Origin: an uncultured bacterium
GTDB taxonomy: Bacteria > Zixibacteria > MSB-5A5 > GN15 > FEB-12
Length of the DNA: 64,000 nt
Reading direction: 5' to 3'
NCBI GenBank assembly: GCA_965372795.1
Contig: CBDVDR010000006.1
Location: 32,001-96,000 of the forward strand
Numbering within the stretch: position 1 is the first letter of the stretch; each line of letters begins with the position of its first letter. The position numbers were made by a program, and so were the translations under genes. Under the pieces are notes generated by a model, which was given only the letters and a program-made list of their open reading frames with translations, had not been told where the DNA came from and searched no databases. This document shows, piece after piece, positions 32,076 to 43,121 of this stretch.

Positions 32076-32860
32076 CAAATTGCTTTCCTGATACGTTTCA
32101 AGAAGTTACCAACACCACTTAAAGCATCGGTTTTGGATTTACCGGTTCGTATTAATTTCACAAGAGCCGATCCGATAACAACACCGTCACAAAGCTTGGA
32201 AAGTCTCTTAGCATTATCTACGTTTGAGACACCAAATCCGGCAACTACTTTTTTATCGACATATTTTCTTAAATTCTTAAAATAGTTATCGGTTTCTTTG
32301 CCGAAAACTTTTCCTGTCCCGGTTACCCCTGTAACAGTAACGGCATATACGAAGTCCGTTGAGAAATTTGATATTTGTGATAATCTGGAATTGATCGTTG
32401 TTGGTGCTGTTAGAAATATTGCAGACAAATTTTTAGTCTCAGCATTTTTTTTGAATTCTCTTCCCTCTTCAATTGGGATATCCGGAATAATTAAGCCATC
32501 AACGCCTGATTGGTTGGCATCAGAGTAAAATTTCTTCTCACCATAAGCAATAATCGGATTATAATAGCCCATTAAAACAATCGGGATTTCAGAATAATTT
32601 CTAATTTTCTCAACAGATAATAAAATATCATTCAAATCAGTACCATTTTTTAACGCAATCCGGGATGAAAATTGGATTTCCGGTCCATCGGCTAGCGGAT
32701 CGGAAAATGGTATCCCAATCTCAATAATATCGGAGCCCTGATCAATTGCTATTTTGATTAGTTTATGAAAGGTCTTCTTATCAGGATAATTAGCCGTAAA
32801 AAATGGTATCAGTAATTTATGGTTCAAATTATTTAATTTATTTTTAATGCGATCAGACAT
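32075..32860 (-). CDS. trpA: Tryptophan synthase alpha chain
   Basis: [31 protein letters not shown] and GSA motifs. Confidence 0.97.
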   Translation of the reverse strand: MSDRIKNKLNNLNHKLLIPFFTANYPDKKTFHKLIKIAIDQGSDIIEIGIPFSDPLADGPEIQFSSRIALKNGTDLNDILLSVEKIRNYSEIPIVLMGYYNPIIAYGEKKFYSDANQSGVDGLIIPDIPIEEGREFKKNAETKNLSAIFLTAPTTINSRLSQISNFSTDFVYAVTVTGVTGTGKVFGKETDNYFKNLRKYVDKKVVAGFGVSNVDNAKRLSKLCDGVVIGSALVKLIRTGKSKTDALSGVGNFLKRIRKAI

Positions 32861-34055
32861 GACTATTCTCCCATTCGTGGATTATACTCATGTCCTTATC
32901 GCCCCGTCCAGATAGACAAATAACAACTTTACTATTTCTTTTAAAGTTCTTTTTGTTTTTGATTAAATATGCGAGGGCATGCGAAGATTCCAGCGCCGGA
33001 ATAATGCCTTCTAATTTTGAAACCAACCTAAAGGCAGAAATCGCCTCTTTATCAGTAACAGAGCCATACCCCACTCTTTTTATATCTTTAAGATGTGAAT
33101 GTTCCGGACCAATTCCCGGATAATCAAGACCGGCAGAAATAGAATGTGGGAGTTGAATTTGACCATCTTTATCATATAGCAGATAGCTAAATGAGCCATG
33201 AAGGACTCCCGGCTTACCCTTAGTGAGCGAGGCGGCATGTTTCCCTGAGTTGATGCCATATCCGGCAGCTTCGACGCCTATCAGAGTAACCTTTTTGTCA
33301 GTTAAAAAAGGATTGAAAATCCCCATTGCATTTGATCCGCCTCCAACGCAGGCAATAATTGTATCAGCCTGTCTCCCCCAGAGTTTCTGGCTTTGTGTTT
33401 TTGTCTCTTTGCCGATAACCGATTGAAAATCACGAACAATCATCGGGTATGGATGAGGGCCTACAACTGATCCGATTATATAGAAAGTATCTCTGACATT
33501 GGTTACCCAGTCACGTAAGGCTTGATTAGTGGCATCTTTTAGAGTTTTTGAACCGGAACTGACCGGGACAACTTCAGCGCCTAATAACTTCATCTTTTCA
33601 ACATTAGGTGACTGCCGTTTGATATCCTCTTCACCCATATAAACGATACATTTCATTCCAAAACGGGCGCAAACTGTAGCTGTAGCCAAGCCATGCTGTC
33701 CGGCACCGGTCTCAGCAATAATCCTTTTTTTACCCATATATTTAGCCAGTAGAATCTGACCGATAGTATTATTGATTTTATGAGCTCCGGTATGATTGAG
33801 ATCTTCCCTTTTAAAATATATTTGGGCTGAATTTAAATGATCGGTAAGGCGTTCGGCAAAATAAAGTGGGGATGGTCGTCCGACATAAGTTTTCAGATAG
33901 CCATTTAGTTCATTTTTAAATTTTTTATCTATTTTGATTTTATTGTAGAATAGTTCAAGTTCATCAAGGGCATAGATAACCGTTTCGGGGACATATCTTC
34001 CGCCGTAGTTTCCAAAACGTCCTTGCTTGTCAGGATATTTTCTATCAGTTGTCAT
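32853..34055 (-). CDS. trpB: Tryptophan synthase beta chain
   Basis: [31 protein letters not shown] and [10 protein letters not shown] motifs. Confidence 0.98.
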   Translation of the reverse strand: MTTDRKYPDKQGRFGNYGGRYVPETVIYALDELELFYNKIKIDKKFKNELNGYLKTYVGRPSPLYFAERLTDHLNSAQIYFKREDLNHTGAHKINNTIGQILLAKYMGKKRIIAETGAGQHGLATATVCARFGMKCIVYMGEEDIKRQSPNVEKMKLLGAEVVPVSSGSKTLKDATNQALRDWVTNVRDTFYIIGSVVGPHPYPMIVRDFQSVIGKETKTQSQKLWGRQADTIIACVGGGSNAMGIFNPFLTDKKVTLIGVEAAGYGINSGKHAASLTKGKPGVLHGSFSYLLYDKDGQIQLPHSISAGLDYPGIGPEHSHLKDIKRVGYGSVTDKEAISAFRLVSKLEGIIPALESSHALAYLIKNKKNFKRNSKVVICLSGRGDKDMSIIHEWENSHV

Positions 34056-34677
34056 ATCTTAACCGGTTACATTCTGAGAAAAACTGTTTTAATTTCCTTT
34101 TAGATTTTACTCCGGGTGAAATTTCAACGCCGGAATTAACATCAATCATTATCGGCTTAAATTTTTTAATGCCTTTTTCAATATTACTTAGATTAAGACC
34201 ACCGCTTAAAATCAAATTCTTTATATTTATTGATGGGGTTAAATTCCAATCGAATGTTTGACCACTTCCACCCGGTAAATCTTTACTGATATTATCGACC
34301 AAGACCAGATCTGCTTTTGATTTTATTATTTTTTCATAGTCATTCTTTGATTTTACGGAATAGGAATTAATGACTTTCAACTGATTTTTTTGTAAAGTTA
34401 GAATCTCTTGATGTTTCTCCTGTCCATGAAGCTGGACATAGCCAAAGCCTATTTTCTTTGAAAGCTTGATAATTTTTTGAATATCTTCATCTACAAAAAC
34501 ACCAACCACCGCCACTGTCGCAGGGATGACTGCGGTTATCTCTTTTGCTATTTTTTGAGAAACAAACCGGGGTGATTTTTTATAAAAGATCAGCCCGAGC
34601 ATATCGACTCCCAAATTAACAGCCGTTACCGCATCCTCTTTTCTGGTAATTCCGCAAACCTTTATTTTAAAATTCAT
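34045..34677 (-). CDS. trpF: Phosphoribosylanthranilate isomerase
   Basis: KVCGIT, SPR, QLHG, GGSG, LSGGL and DVNSGVE motifs. Confidence 0.95.
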   Translation of the reverse strand: MNFKIKVCGITRKEDAVTAVNLGVDMLGLIFYKKSPRFVSQKIAKEITAVIPATVAVVGVFVDEDIQKIIKLSKKIGFGYVQLHGQEKHQEILTLQKNQLKVINSYSVKSKNDYEKIIKSKADLVLVDNISKDLPGGSGQTFDWNLTPSINIKNLILSGGLNLSNIEKGIKKFKPIMIDVNSGVEISPGVKSKRKLKQFFSECNRLRYDN

Positions 34678-35453
34678 TCTTTACCCTGAAGTTGTCTAAG
34701 ATATTCTGCCGGATCATCAGCTTTCATCAAAGCCTCCCCAATCAGAAAATTATTAAAGCCACACTGTTTTAACCTTAAAATATCTTCATAATTTAATATT
34801 CCGGATTCTGAAATTTTAATAATATGATCCGGGATTTTTTCAGCAAGTATTTCTGAAGTTTCCAGACTTACAGAAAAATCATTTAGATTGCGGTTATTTA
34901 TTCCAATAATTTCACTGTCGCAATCAAGAGCGACATCAAGTTCTTCTTCATTATGAACTTCGACAATACAGTCAAGTTCAATCTCTTTGGCTATTTTTAA
35001 AAATTTATTTATACGCTTTGGAGTTAATATTCTTACGATCAGCAAAACCGCATCAGCTTTCATATACCTGGCGTAGTATAACTGATATGGATCAATGATA
35101 AAATCCTTGCAGAGCAAAGGCAGACTTGTTTCATTTTTTACAACAGTCAAATATTCATGGCGTCCGAAGAAAAAATGAGATTCAGTTAGTACCGACAGGG
35201 CTGTTGCTCCACCATCAGAATAAGCTCTGGCAATTGCAACCGGATTAAAATTGGGCTGGATAATGCCTTTAGAGGGAGACCCTTTTTTGATTTCGGCAAT
35301 AATATTGACTCGGTCGAGATTAGAAAGCGCTTCTTTAAAATTAACATAACCATCAGAAGAAAATTCAGGAATGATCTTATCCAGTGGTTCAGATAGTTTT
35401 AACTCTTCGATTTCAATTCTCTTCTGAGCAGTAATTTCATCAAGAATATTCAT
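34674..35453 (-). CDS. trpC: Indole-3-glycerol phosphate synthase
   Basis: IAEIKKGSPSKG, LSVLTE, KDFI, GINNRNL and SESG motifs. Confidence 0.96.
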   Translation of the reverse strand: MNILDEITAQKRIEIEELKLSEPLDKIIPEFSSDGYVNFKEALSNLDRVNIIAEIKKGSPSKGIIQPNFNPVAIARAYSDGGATALSVLTESHFFFGRHEYLTVVKNETSLPLLCKDFIIDPYQLYYARYMKADAVLLIVRILTPKRINKFLKIAKEIELDCIVEVHNEEELDVALDCDSEIIGINNRNLNDFSVSLETSEILAEKIPDHIIKISESGILNYEDILRLKQCGFNNFLIGEALMKADDPAEYLRQLQGKE

Positions 35454-36757
35454 CAAGTATTACTTTCCCGCGAGATTATCCACCGGGGTGAGCCGGAGCT
35501 TTTCTTTTCAGTATCTTTGAAAAACAGATAAAATGTTATCGAAGATATTACGTAAAGAATAACTGTTATATTCATGGTAAAAGTATATCCTTGTCTTTCA
35601 ATCAATTCACCCCCGACCGCCGCTGAGACCATCCAGGCAGAAGTCCAGGCGACCATCAGAAGAGCATTTACAAGCCCTTGTTCCTTTTTATCGGACAATT
35701 CCATACCTAAATTAGTAACAATCGGAACGCCCAAATTCATCAATCCGCCCCTGATTACAAAAGCAGCAAATGCAAGCGGTAGAAAATAAGTATATGACAA
35801 AGTCAGCATAAACGGGATTGAGGCTAACTGGGTAATAACAACCGTTCTTACGAGACCGAATTTTTTAGCGAGGACCGGACCAGAAAGCGACCCAATTAAC
35901 ATCGAAAACTGGACTACAAAATAGTAAACGCCAATCATATCAGGGCTAAGGTTAAATCTGTCTCTAAAATAAAGGTTTAAAAAAGGGATAATCAAACCGG
36001 CTCCGGCACCGACCAGAAAATTACTAAAAGTAACTTTGAAATAAAATTTCCCCCGTCGTCTGAATTGATCCCAACTAAGAGTTATTTTATTTTCTTCTGC
36101 TGATGGATTCGACGATTTGATCATTAAAAATGGAATCAGCGCAATCAGGCCGATTAATATTCCCACAAATAATGTATACTTGTAACCTAAAATTATATCC
36201 CCGGTAATACCTTGAATTACTGTTACAAGTTTCCCTGAACCGATTGAGCCCGCCATACCGGATAAAAGCATCATCCCAAAACTAACTGAGAAAAGATGAG
36301 TCCTTTCTGTTGGCGAAGAATTTCTCATATAAAAAGGAGCGGCGGCTACTCTATAAAACGAAAATGACATACCAGCCAGAAGAGAACATCCGATCAGAAA
36401 ATATAACTGGGTAGCGGTAGTGATATAATAACTGAAAAATGCAAAGAGTAAAGTTGAGGCAATCAAAATCGGTTTTAACCGAACTCTGCTTAAAAGCATT
36501 GCGGCTGGGATGGCAATCATGCTCATACCAACAGCTCGGGAAGAAATCACTAATCCAATATCACCTTCGACAAACCCGTATTCTCTCAGATACAAATTCA
36601 AAAGCAGATTGAAGACATGAAAATTGACCCCGATAAAAAACGATCCAATTAAATACAATCGGGCATTTTTTGTAAATAGCTTGATATGGCTATGGTAGTC
36701 ATCAATTTGGAATTTTAGTTTAGCAAAAAAACCTGATTTATTTGAAGAAATTGACAT
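35453..36757 (-). CDS. MFS transporter embedded in the trp operon
   Basis: About 12 hydrophobic segments with two-fold internal symmetry; overlaps the trpD stop and the trpC start. Confidence 0.88.
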   Translation of the reverse strand: MSISSNKSGFFAKLKFQIDDYHSHIKLFTKNARLYLIGSFFIGVNFHVFNLLLNLYLREYGFVEGDIGLVISSRAVGMSMIAIPAAMLLSRVRLKPILIASTLLFAFFSYYITTATQLYFLIGCSLLAGMSFSFYRVAAAPFYMRNSSPTERTHLFSVSFGMMLLSGMAGSIGSGKLVTVIQGITGDIILGYKYTLFVGILIGLIALIPFLMIKSSNPSAEENKITLSWDQFRRRGKFYFKVTFSNFLVGAGAGLIIPFLNLYFRDRFNLSPDMIGVYYFVVQFSMLIGSLSGPVLAKKFGLVRTVVITQLASIPFMLTLSYTYFLPLAFAAFVIRGGLMNLGVPIVTNLGMELSDKKEQGLVNALLMVAWTSAWMVSAAVGGELIERQGYTFTMNITVILYVISSITFYLFFKDTEKKSSGSPRWIISRESNT

Positions 36758-37770
36758 TAGATATTATTTGAAGCTTCCACCCATTGTTTGAGCTTCTCTC
36801 TGGCTGACCCGTTATCAATAGCCTCAGAAGCAAACTCGACGCCTTCCTTAAAGGAGTCGGTTTTGCCGGAAACTTTGATCAAGGCAGCCGCATTTATTAA
36901 CACTGCATCCCGACAACCGGATTTTTCACCATTGAATATATTTGACATGATATTCATATTCACTTCAGCATCTCCCCCCTTGATAGATTCAGCCGGAAAT
37001 ATCTTCAAATTAATTTGAGTCGGATCTATTGTATGCTCAGTTTTAACGCCGTTAATGATTTCTATATAATCAGAAGGGGCAGAGATTGAAAACTCATCAT
37101 GTCCATCATGGGCATGGACAACTATCAGATGATCAACGCCAACCAAAGTCATGACCTCAGCCATCAAAAACATTAAATCCTTATCATAAACTCCAATAAC
37201 CTGACGTTTAACATTCGCAGGATTAGTCATTGGACCAAGAATATTAAAAAATGTTCTTATCCCCAATTCTTTGCGAACCGGCATAGCGAATTTCATTGCC
37301 GGATGAAATTTCGGCGCAAACATAAATCCAAAACCAACCTTATTAATATTATCTTGTACTATTTCAACTCCCGGATCAATATTACCGCCACTCTTTTCCA
37401 AAATATCTGCTGATCCACATTTTGAACTGATTGATCGGTTTCCATGTTTAGCAACCGTAACACCGGCTGCTGAGGTAATAATTGTGGCTGCAGTTGAAAT
37501 ATTAAAAGATTGTGTCCCATCTCCTCCGGTGCCACATCCGTCAACCGCATTTGGATCATCAAGTGTAACTTTCAGCGAATGCTCTCGCATCCCCTTCACG
37601 AACCCCGCAATTTCTTCGGCTGTTTCACGTTTTTGTTTCATAGCGATCAAAAATGATGAAATCTGTACCGGGGTTGCCTCGCCTTTCATTATTGTATTCA
37701 TGCCTTGATAGGCTTCTTCGATAGAAAGGTTGTTTCCTGAAAGAATTTTATTTAACAGATCAGATATCAT
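36757..37770 (-). CDS. trpD: Anthranilate phosphoribosyltransferase
   Basis: DGCGTGGDG, FNIST, KHGNRSISSKCGSAD and RTFFNILGP motifs. Confidence 0.97.
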   Translation of the reverse strand: MISDLLNKILSGNNLSIEEAYQGMNTIMKGEATPVQISSFLIAMKQKRETAEEIAGFVKGMREHSLKVTLDDPNAVDGCGTGGDGTQSFNISTAATIITSAAGVTVAKHGNRSISSKCGSADILEKSGGNIDPGVEIVQDNINKVGFGFMFAPKFHPAMKFAMPVRKELGIRTFFNILGPMTNPANVKRQVIGVYDKDLMFLMAEVMTLVGVDHLIVVHAHDGHDEFSISAPSDYIEIINGVKTEHTIDPTQINLKIFPAESIKGGDAEVNMNIMSNIFNGEKSGCRDAVLINAAALIKVSGKTDSFKEGVEFASEAIDNGSAREKLKQWVEASNNI

Positions 37771-38333
37771 AAAGTCTCCAGATAATTTTTGAGAATGGCT
37801 TTACCGGAAAGGGTCATGATAGATTCCGGGTGAAACTGGAGTCCGTACAAAGGCATTTTTTTATGCTGGATTCCCATTATAATTTTATCTTTAGTCCAGG
37901 CAGTAACTTTAAAATCTTTTGGCAAGGACTTTCGTTCCACGACCAAAGAATGATAGCGGGTTGCAATAAACGGAGAGTCGATATTTTTAAACAGTTTTGA
38001 GTTATTATGATAAACATCAGAAGTTTTTCCATGCATCAATGTCTTGGCATAATCAATCTTGCCGCCAAAAACCTGAGCAATAGATTGATGTCCGAGACAA
38101 ACACCCAAAATTGGAATTTTACCCGAAAGGGTTTTCACCAGTTCGTTCATAATCCCGGCATTTTCAGGTCTCCCCGGTCCGGGAGAAAGTACGATCCCTT
38201 GAGGTTTTAGCTGAGTAATTTTCTCGATACTGATCTCGTCGTTCCGATAGATTTTTAAATCAGCTCCTAATTCGCTTAAGTATTGAACCAGATTATATGT
38301 AAACGAATCGTAATTATCCAGCATCAATAACAT
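37767..38333 (-). CDS. trpG: Anthranilate synthase component II (glutamine amidotransferase)
   Basis: DNYDSFTYN, SPGPG, GVCLGHQ and QFHPES motifs. Confidence 0.95.
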   Translation of the reverse strand: MLLMLDNYDSFTYNLVQYLSELGADLKIYRNDEISIEKITQLKPQGIVLSPGPGRPENAGIMNELVKTLSGKIPILGVCLGHQSIAQVFGGKIDYAKTLMHGKTSDVYHNNSKLFKNIDSPFIATRYHSLVVERKSLPKDFKVTAWTKDKIIMGIQHKKMPLYGLQFHPESIMTLSGKAILKNYLETL

Positions 38334-39790
38334 TATTCATCCCCCGCAATAGCCATCATAAGAGCATGAGCCTTCGCTTTGGTTTCATTATACTCGCGAG
38401 CAGGTTTTGAATCAGCAACAATGCCGGCACCAGCCTGAACAAAATATTTGTCATCTTTTTTAACAACAGTTCTAATAGCAATGCAGGAATCAAGATTTCC
38501 CCAAAAATCCAGATAGGCAATTGAGCCAGCATAAACTCCTCGACGTTCTTTTTCAAGTTCATCAATTATTTCCATAGCGCGAATTTTGGGAGCGCCTGAA
38601 ACAGTACCAGCCGGGAAACAGGAGAAATGTCCATCAAGGGGTGAAATATTACGTTTGAGTTTCCCAACTACCGAGCTTACGATATGAATGACATGGGAAT
38701 ATTTCTCGATAATCATTTTATCTTTTAATTTTACCGTTCCCGGTTCGCTGACTTTGCCGACATCGTTTCTGCCCAAATCAACAAGCATAGTATGTTCGGC
38801 AATTTCTTTGGCATCTTCGAGTAAATCCTTAATCTGACGTTCATCAGCAGCATCATCTTTCCCTCTCGGTCTGGTTCCGGCAATCGGTCTGGTTTCGATA
38901 TTTCTTTTTTCAACCCTGACCAGCATTTCAGGCGAGGCACCAATTATGGCATCATCTTCAAACTGTAATAAAAACATATACGGCGATGGATTAATTCTTC
39001 TTAATTTTCGGTAGACAGTTAAAGCCGATTTCTTAGATTCAATTTCCCAACGCTGTGAAAGTACAACTTGAAAAATATCGCCTTCCTTGATATATTTTTT
39101 AGCCTTGCGCACCATTGACTCATATTCTTTTTGAGTATAGTGAGATTTAATCTTTGCTTTTTTCTCAGGTTTTTCTTTTGAAGGATGAATATGGGAGTTC
39201 AATCTATTGACCATTTTATCAATATCAGCCACAGCCTCTTTATATTTTTTTTGCAATCCTTTTTCTTCGGGATGATGCAAGATATTGGCAATTACAATAA
39301 TTTCCTGATTCAGATGGTCAAAGGCAACTATCCGGCTGAAAATTCCAATTCGCATATCCGGCATCTGAAGCTTGTCAGGATTATTGTCGGGAATATTTTC
39401 AATCCATCTGATTGTATCATAAGCAAAAAAACCGACTCCGCCACCAGTGAAACGAGGCAGTGATTCGATATGCACCGGATTGTAAAAACTGAAAAGTTGC
39501 TTCAAAAATTCAGCCGGATCTGATTCAATTTCTTTTTTATTCTTCCCATGACTAACAGTAACTTTGTTATGGTCCCCTTCAACTATTAAAAATGGATCAA
39601 ATCCCAAAAACGAATAACGGGCAAGTTTCTCGCCCCCTTCGATTGATTCTAAAAGAAAAGAATTCTTTTTCCCTTTGCATAATTTTATATAAGCCGAAAC
39701 AGGAGTATCTAAATCGGCGGGGATTCGTTTGAATAAGGGAATGACATTCCCTTTTTTATTTAACTTTTTGATTTCGCTGTATGAAAACAT
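38333..39790 (-). CDS. trpE: Anthranilate synthase component I
   Basis: [35 protein letters not shown] and GTVSGAPK motifs. Confidence 0.95.
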   Translation of the reverse strand: MFSYSEIKKLNKKGNVIPLFKRIPADLDTPVSAYIKLCKGKKNSFLLESIEGGEKLARYSFLGFDPFLIVEGDHNKVTVSHGKNKKEIESDPAEFLKQLFSFYNPVHIESLPRFTGGGVGFFAYDTIRWIENIPDNNPDKLQMPDMRIGIFSRIVAFDHLNQEIIVIANILHHPEEKGLQKKYKEAVADIDKMVNRLNSHIHPSKEKPEKKAKIKSHYTQKEYESMVRKAKKYIKEGDIFQVVLSQRWEIESKKSALTVYRKLRRINPSPYMFLLQFEDDAIIGASPEMLVRVEKRNIETRPIAGTRPRGKDDAADERQIKDLLEDAKEIAEHTMLVDLGRNDVGKVSEPGTVKLKDKMIIEKYSHVIHIVSSVVGKLKRNISPLDGHFSCFPAGTVSGAPKIRAMEIIDELEKERRGVYAGSIAYLDFWGNLDSCIAIRTVVKKDDKYFVQAGAGIVADSKPAREYNETKAKAHALMMAIAGDE

Positions 39791-40623
39791 TAGAAATTAT
39801 AATCTCCATTACATAAAAATTCAACCGGTCCTGTCAGTTCAATTTGATTATCAGAATTTTTCCAATCAATAAACAAAGATCCGTTTTCAAAAATTACTTC
39901 GCAGATCCTGTCAAGCTGACCGTTAATTACACCAGCGGCAACCGAGGCTGCGGCTCCGGTCCCTGAAGATCCGGTTGCACCGGCTCCTCTTTCCCAATCG
40001 GCAACTTTAATCTTTTTCTTGGTCATAATTTTTACAAATTCCACATTGGTACGATTCGGAAACAATTTATGGTTTTCGATATCAGCTCCGAGAGTTTCCC
40101 AGTCAAAATTAAAGTCACCCACAAATAAAACAGTATGAGGATTTCCAAGAGATAGACAAGTCACGGGGAAATCAACTTCACCGACTTTTATAGGCGAATT
40201 GATCATAAATTTCTGCTTAACTTTTACCGGAACAGCCTCGACCTCAAATTTTGGTTCACCTAAAGATGTTTTGACCATGTAATCGTTCTTCTGTTTTTTT
40301 ACAATCTCAACCTGTTCTATTCCATTAGCAGTTTCAAAAGTAAACTTTTTGATTTTATTTTCCAAAAACAGATGGAGTCCTGCAATTCTTAAGCCATTGC
40401 CTGATTTCTCAGCCCAGCTTCCATCAGAATTGTAAATATTAAATTTCCAATCCGCTTTAGACGACTCAGTAATGACGACTATTCCATCGGCGCCAACACC
40501 ATAGTTTCTATCACATATCGAAAGAGCCAACTCTGACAATTTCTTTTTTGATACTTTATCTAAATTCTGTAAAACGATAAAATCGTTTCCCAGTGCCTGG
40601 TATTTATAAAATTTAACAATCAT
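39790..40623 (-). CDS. dapF: Diaminopimelate epimerase homolog with Ser in place of both catalytic Cys
   Basis: GNDF, GVGADG, NSDGSWAEKSGNG, GNPH, TNVEF and WERGAGATGSSGTG motifs. ATG 40623 preferred over TTG 40653. Confidence 0.88.
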   Translation of the reverse strand: MIVKFYKYQALGNDFIVLQNLDKVSKKKLSELALSICDRNYGVGADGIVVITESSKADWKFNIYNSDGSWAEKSGNGLRIAGLHLFLENKIKKFTFETANGIEQVEIVKKQKNDYMVKTSLGEPKFEVEAVPVKVKQKFMINSPIKVGEVDFPVTCLSLGNPHTVLFVGDFNFDWETLGADIENHKLFPNRTNVEFVKIMTKKKIKVADWERGAGATGSSGTGAAASVAAGVINGQLDRICEVIFENGSLFIDWKNSDNQIELTGPVEFLCNGDYNF

Positions 40624-40658
40624 AAAATCAAAATATGAAGATTTGAATTTCAATCAAT

Positions 40659-40685
40659 AAAAAACCCGCCAAAAGGCGGGTTTTT
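40659..40685 (-). terminator. Intrinsic terminator after the aminotransferase, just upstream of dapF
   Basis: AAAAACCCGCC-AAAA-GGCGGGTTTTT perfect stem with A/T runs on both sides. Confidence 0.88.
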
Positions 40686-40705
40686 AAAGTCTAATAGTCT
40701 TGAGA

Positions 40706-41914
40706 CTAAAGATTCTCTCTAAAAAGTTCGCCAAGGCGTTTTATGCCCTCAATTATCTTATCTGGCAAAGCATTTGAAAAATTAAGTCTTAGAGTATTTT
40801 CGCCGCCACCTTCCGGATAGAACGGCGAGCCATAGACATAAGCGACTTGCTTTTCAATCGCTTTGGGAAGAAGTTCTTTAGCAGACATATATGCAGGCAG
40901 TTCCACCCAAAGGAATAAACCACCTTCCGGCTCAGTCCATGTAATACCTTCGGGGAAATACTCTTTCATAGCCTTCAACATGACATCACGCTTATGCCGA
41001 TAATCAACTTTGATCTTTTCAATATGCGGTTCAAGTTTCCCGCGGTTCAAGTAATCATATATCAAATATTGTCCAAAAGTGGAAGTGTGTAAATCAGTAC
41101 ACTGTTTTACTTTTTCAAAAACAGAAATAATGTCAACAGGACCATTCATCCAGCCGATTCTAAAACCGGGAGCAAGTGTTTTCGAAAATGTTCTCAAAGC
41201 AATAACCTGATCGCCCCCATAATATTTCAAAGTAGGAATTCGTTCACCGAAAAATCTGATATCGCCATAGGGGTTATCATCAATTATAGGAATATTATAT
41301 TTGACGGCAACCTTTACAAGTTTCTCACGGCGTTCTTGAGACATTGTTATTCCGGTAGGATTTTGGAAATTTGAAATAGTATAAATCAGTTTCGGATTGT
41401 ATTTTTTAATCGCTTCTTCAACATCTTCAATAATTAATCCATCATCATCTATTTTCACCGGAGCATATTTAGCTTGATAATAATTGAATGCCTGAAGGGC
41501 TCCAACATAAGTTGGATTTTCAGTGATCATATAATCACCAGGAGTAATAAAAGCCCTTGCCACAAGTTCCAATGCTTGCTGGGCGCCGGAAGTTATAATA
41601 ATATTTTCAGCATTACTTTTTGTACCGCGCTCGGTGGCTCTTTTTGCCAGAAGTTCTCTTAGCGGAACAATACCGCGAGTCAAAGAATACTGTATTGAAG
41701 TAGCCCCATATTCTTTTAATATTCGATTAGCACATTCATTCAGATCTTCAATTGGAAATAATTCAGGTGCAGGAAGACCTCCGGCAAAAGAAATCACACC
41801 CGGTTTACTTGAAAATTTTAATATTTCACGAATTATTGAAGACTCAAGATTTATAACATGATCAGCTATTTTCCAACTACCTGTTACAGTTTTGTCTTTT
41901 TCTTCAACCAACAT
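40706..41914 (-). CDS. PLP-dependent aminotransferase (LysN/Aro8-like, class I)
   Basis: SSIIREILK, ISFAGGLPAPELFP, FQNPTG and TFSKTLAPGFRIGW motifs. Confidence 0.9.
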   Translation of the reverse strand: MLVEEKDKTVTGSWKIADHVINLESSIIREILKFSSKPGVISFAGGLPAPELFPIEDLNECANRILKEYGATSIQYSLTRGIVPLRELLAKRATERGTKSNAENIIITSGAQQALELVARAFITPGDYMITENPTYVGALQAFNYYQAKYAPVKIDDDGLIIEDVEEAIKKYNPKLIYTISNFQNPTGITMSQERREKLVKVAVKYNIPIIDDNPYGDIRFFGERIPTLKYYGGDQVIALRTFSKTLAPGFRIGWMNGPVDIISVFEKVKQCTDLHTSTFGQYLIYDYLNRGKLEPHIEKIKVDYRHKRDVMLKAMKEYFPEGITWTEPEGGLFLWVELPAYMSAKELLPKAIEKQVAYVYGSPFYPEGGGENTLRLNFSNALPDKIIEGIKRLGELFRENL

Positions 41915-42077
41915 AATTATCCTTTCTAGGAGGTAATTCCCTAAATATATAAGGAATAAATTAGCTCTTTTAATCAGCTATATAATAGTAAAGAGTCTAA
42001 CATTAATCAATCGAATTTCGAAAATTTCCACAATATTTGCAATGTGATTAAATGTTATCTTATATGTCTACATAAGG

Positions 42078-42998
42078 TTAAGAGTCTCTTAAAAAAGATG
42101 CATCTTTAAACCAGTTTAAACAGTACTTTTCGATAACATCTACGAATTGTACGTTATCTTTTGCCATTTCATCAGCCTTATAATGCAATCCAAAGTACCT
42201 TTGCACAGGATTAATATAGCCTTGGGACTTTATTTTGTTTATGCATTTATTAGCATAATTCTCTCCATGAACAGCTAAACAAACATCAAAAATAGTTTTT
42301 AATCGTTCATCATTTATTTCAACTTTTAAATCCGGATATTTATTATGAAAAGCCTTTTTGATCACATCATCCGAATCAACTCGATATTTTTCATCATGGA
42401 CGACTGTTTCAACGCCAAGTTTCCTTTTTGATTTCGGGCGTACTTTTGGATATCCGACACACAAAAGAACAACCGGAAAAACGCCTTCGGGAAGTTCGAA
42501 CATTGTTTTAAGTTCAGAAAAATATTCCATAACTGTTCCAATGTAAACTGTCCCAAGATCCAATGCATCAGCCGCAGTACAAATGTTCTGGGCTGTAATA
42601 ATTGTATCCTGAAACGAAATCCAAAAATGACGAAATGATTCATTGGCAGAAAATGGAGCTGTTTCAATTTCTGCCCATCTTTTTATTCGATTCCAATCAA
42701 TACAAAAAAGTAAATTAACAGGAGCAGTTCCGATAAAATCCTGAAAACACATTTCACCAAGTTTTTTACTGGTGGCTTTATTTTCAATTTTAATTATTGA
42801 ATAAGGTTGGAGATTCCCTCCCGTTGGAGCATGGATGCCGGCTTTTAAAAGGTAATTCAGTTTCTCAGGTTCAATCTTTCGATCATGAAAACTTCGACAA
42901 CTTGAACGCTCTAATAAAAGTCGGATTGTTTCATTAGGGTAATTAATTTCTTCACTCCCATCAACTCCATGATGTGATGGCATATTTTTACTCATCAT
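42078..42998 (-). CDS. Nitroreductase family flavoprotein (NfsA/Frp-like)
   Basis: RSSCRSF, APTGGNLQPYSII, LGTVYIG and LCVGYP motifs. Confidence 0.9.
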   Translation of the reverse strand: MMSKNMPSHHGVDGSEEINYPNETIRLLLERSSCRSFHDRKIEPEKLNYLLKAGIHAPTGGNLQPYSIIKIENKATSKKLGEMCFQDFIGTAPVNLLFCIDWNRIKRWAEIETAPFSANESFRHFWISFQDTIITAQNICTAADALDLGTVYIGTVMEYFSELKTMFELPEGVFPVVLLCVGYPKVRPKSKRKLGVETVVHDEKYRVDSDDVIKKAFHNKYPDLKVEINDERLKTIFDVCLAVHGENYANKCINKIKSQGYINPVQRYFGLHYKADEMAKDNVQFVDVIEKYCLNWFKDASFLRDS

Positions 42999-43121
42999 GA
43001 CTCCTTTCTATTTATGTTTATGAAGATACTTATATTATCCTGTTAAAGATACATTTGTTTATAGCCTTGCACTTATGCCATATCCGGGTTATTATAACAA
43101 AAATTCTAACAGGATTAATAT

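Noticed and set aside
40624..40705. Terminator upstream of dapF-trpE as a trp attenuator
   Set aside because: No Trp-codon leader peptide, antiterminator or T-box is visible; it lies 20 bp after the aminotransferase stop and is explained as that gene's terminator.
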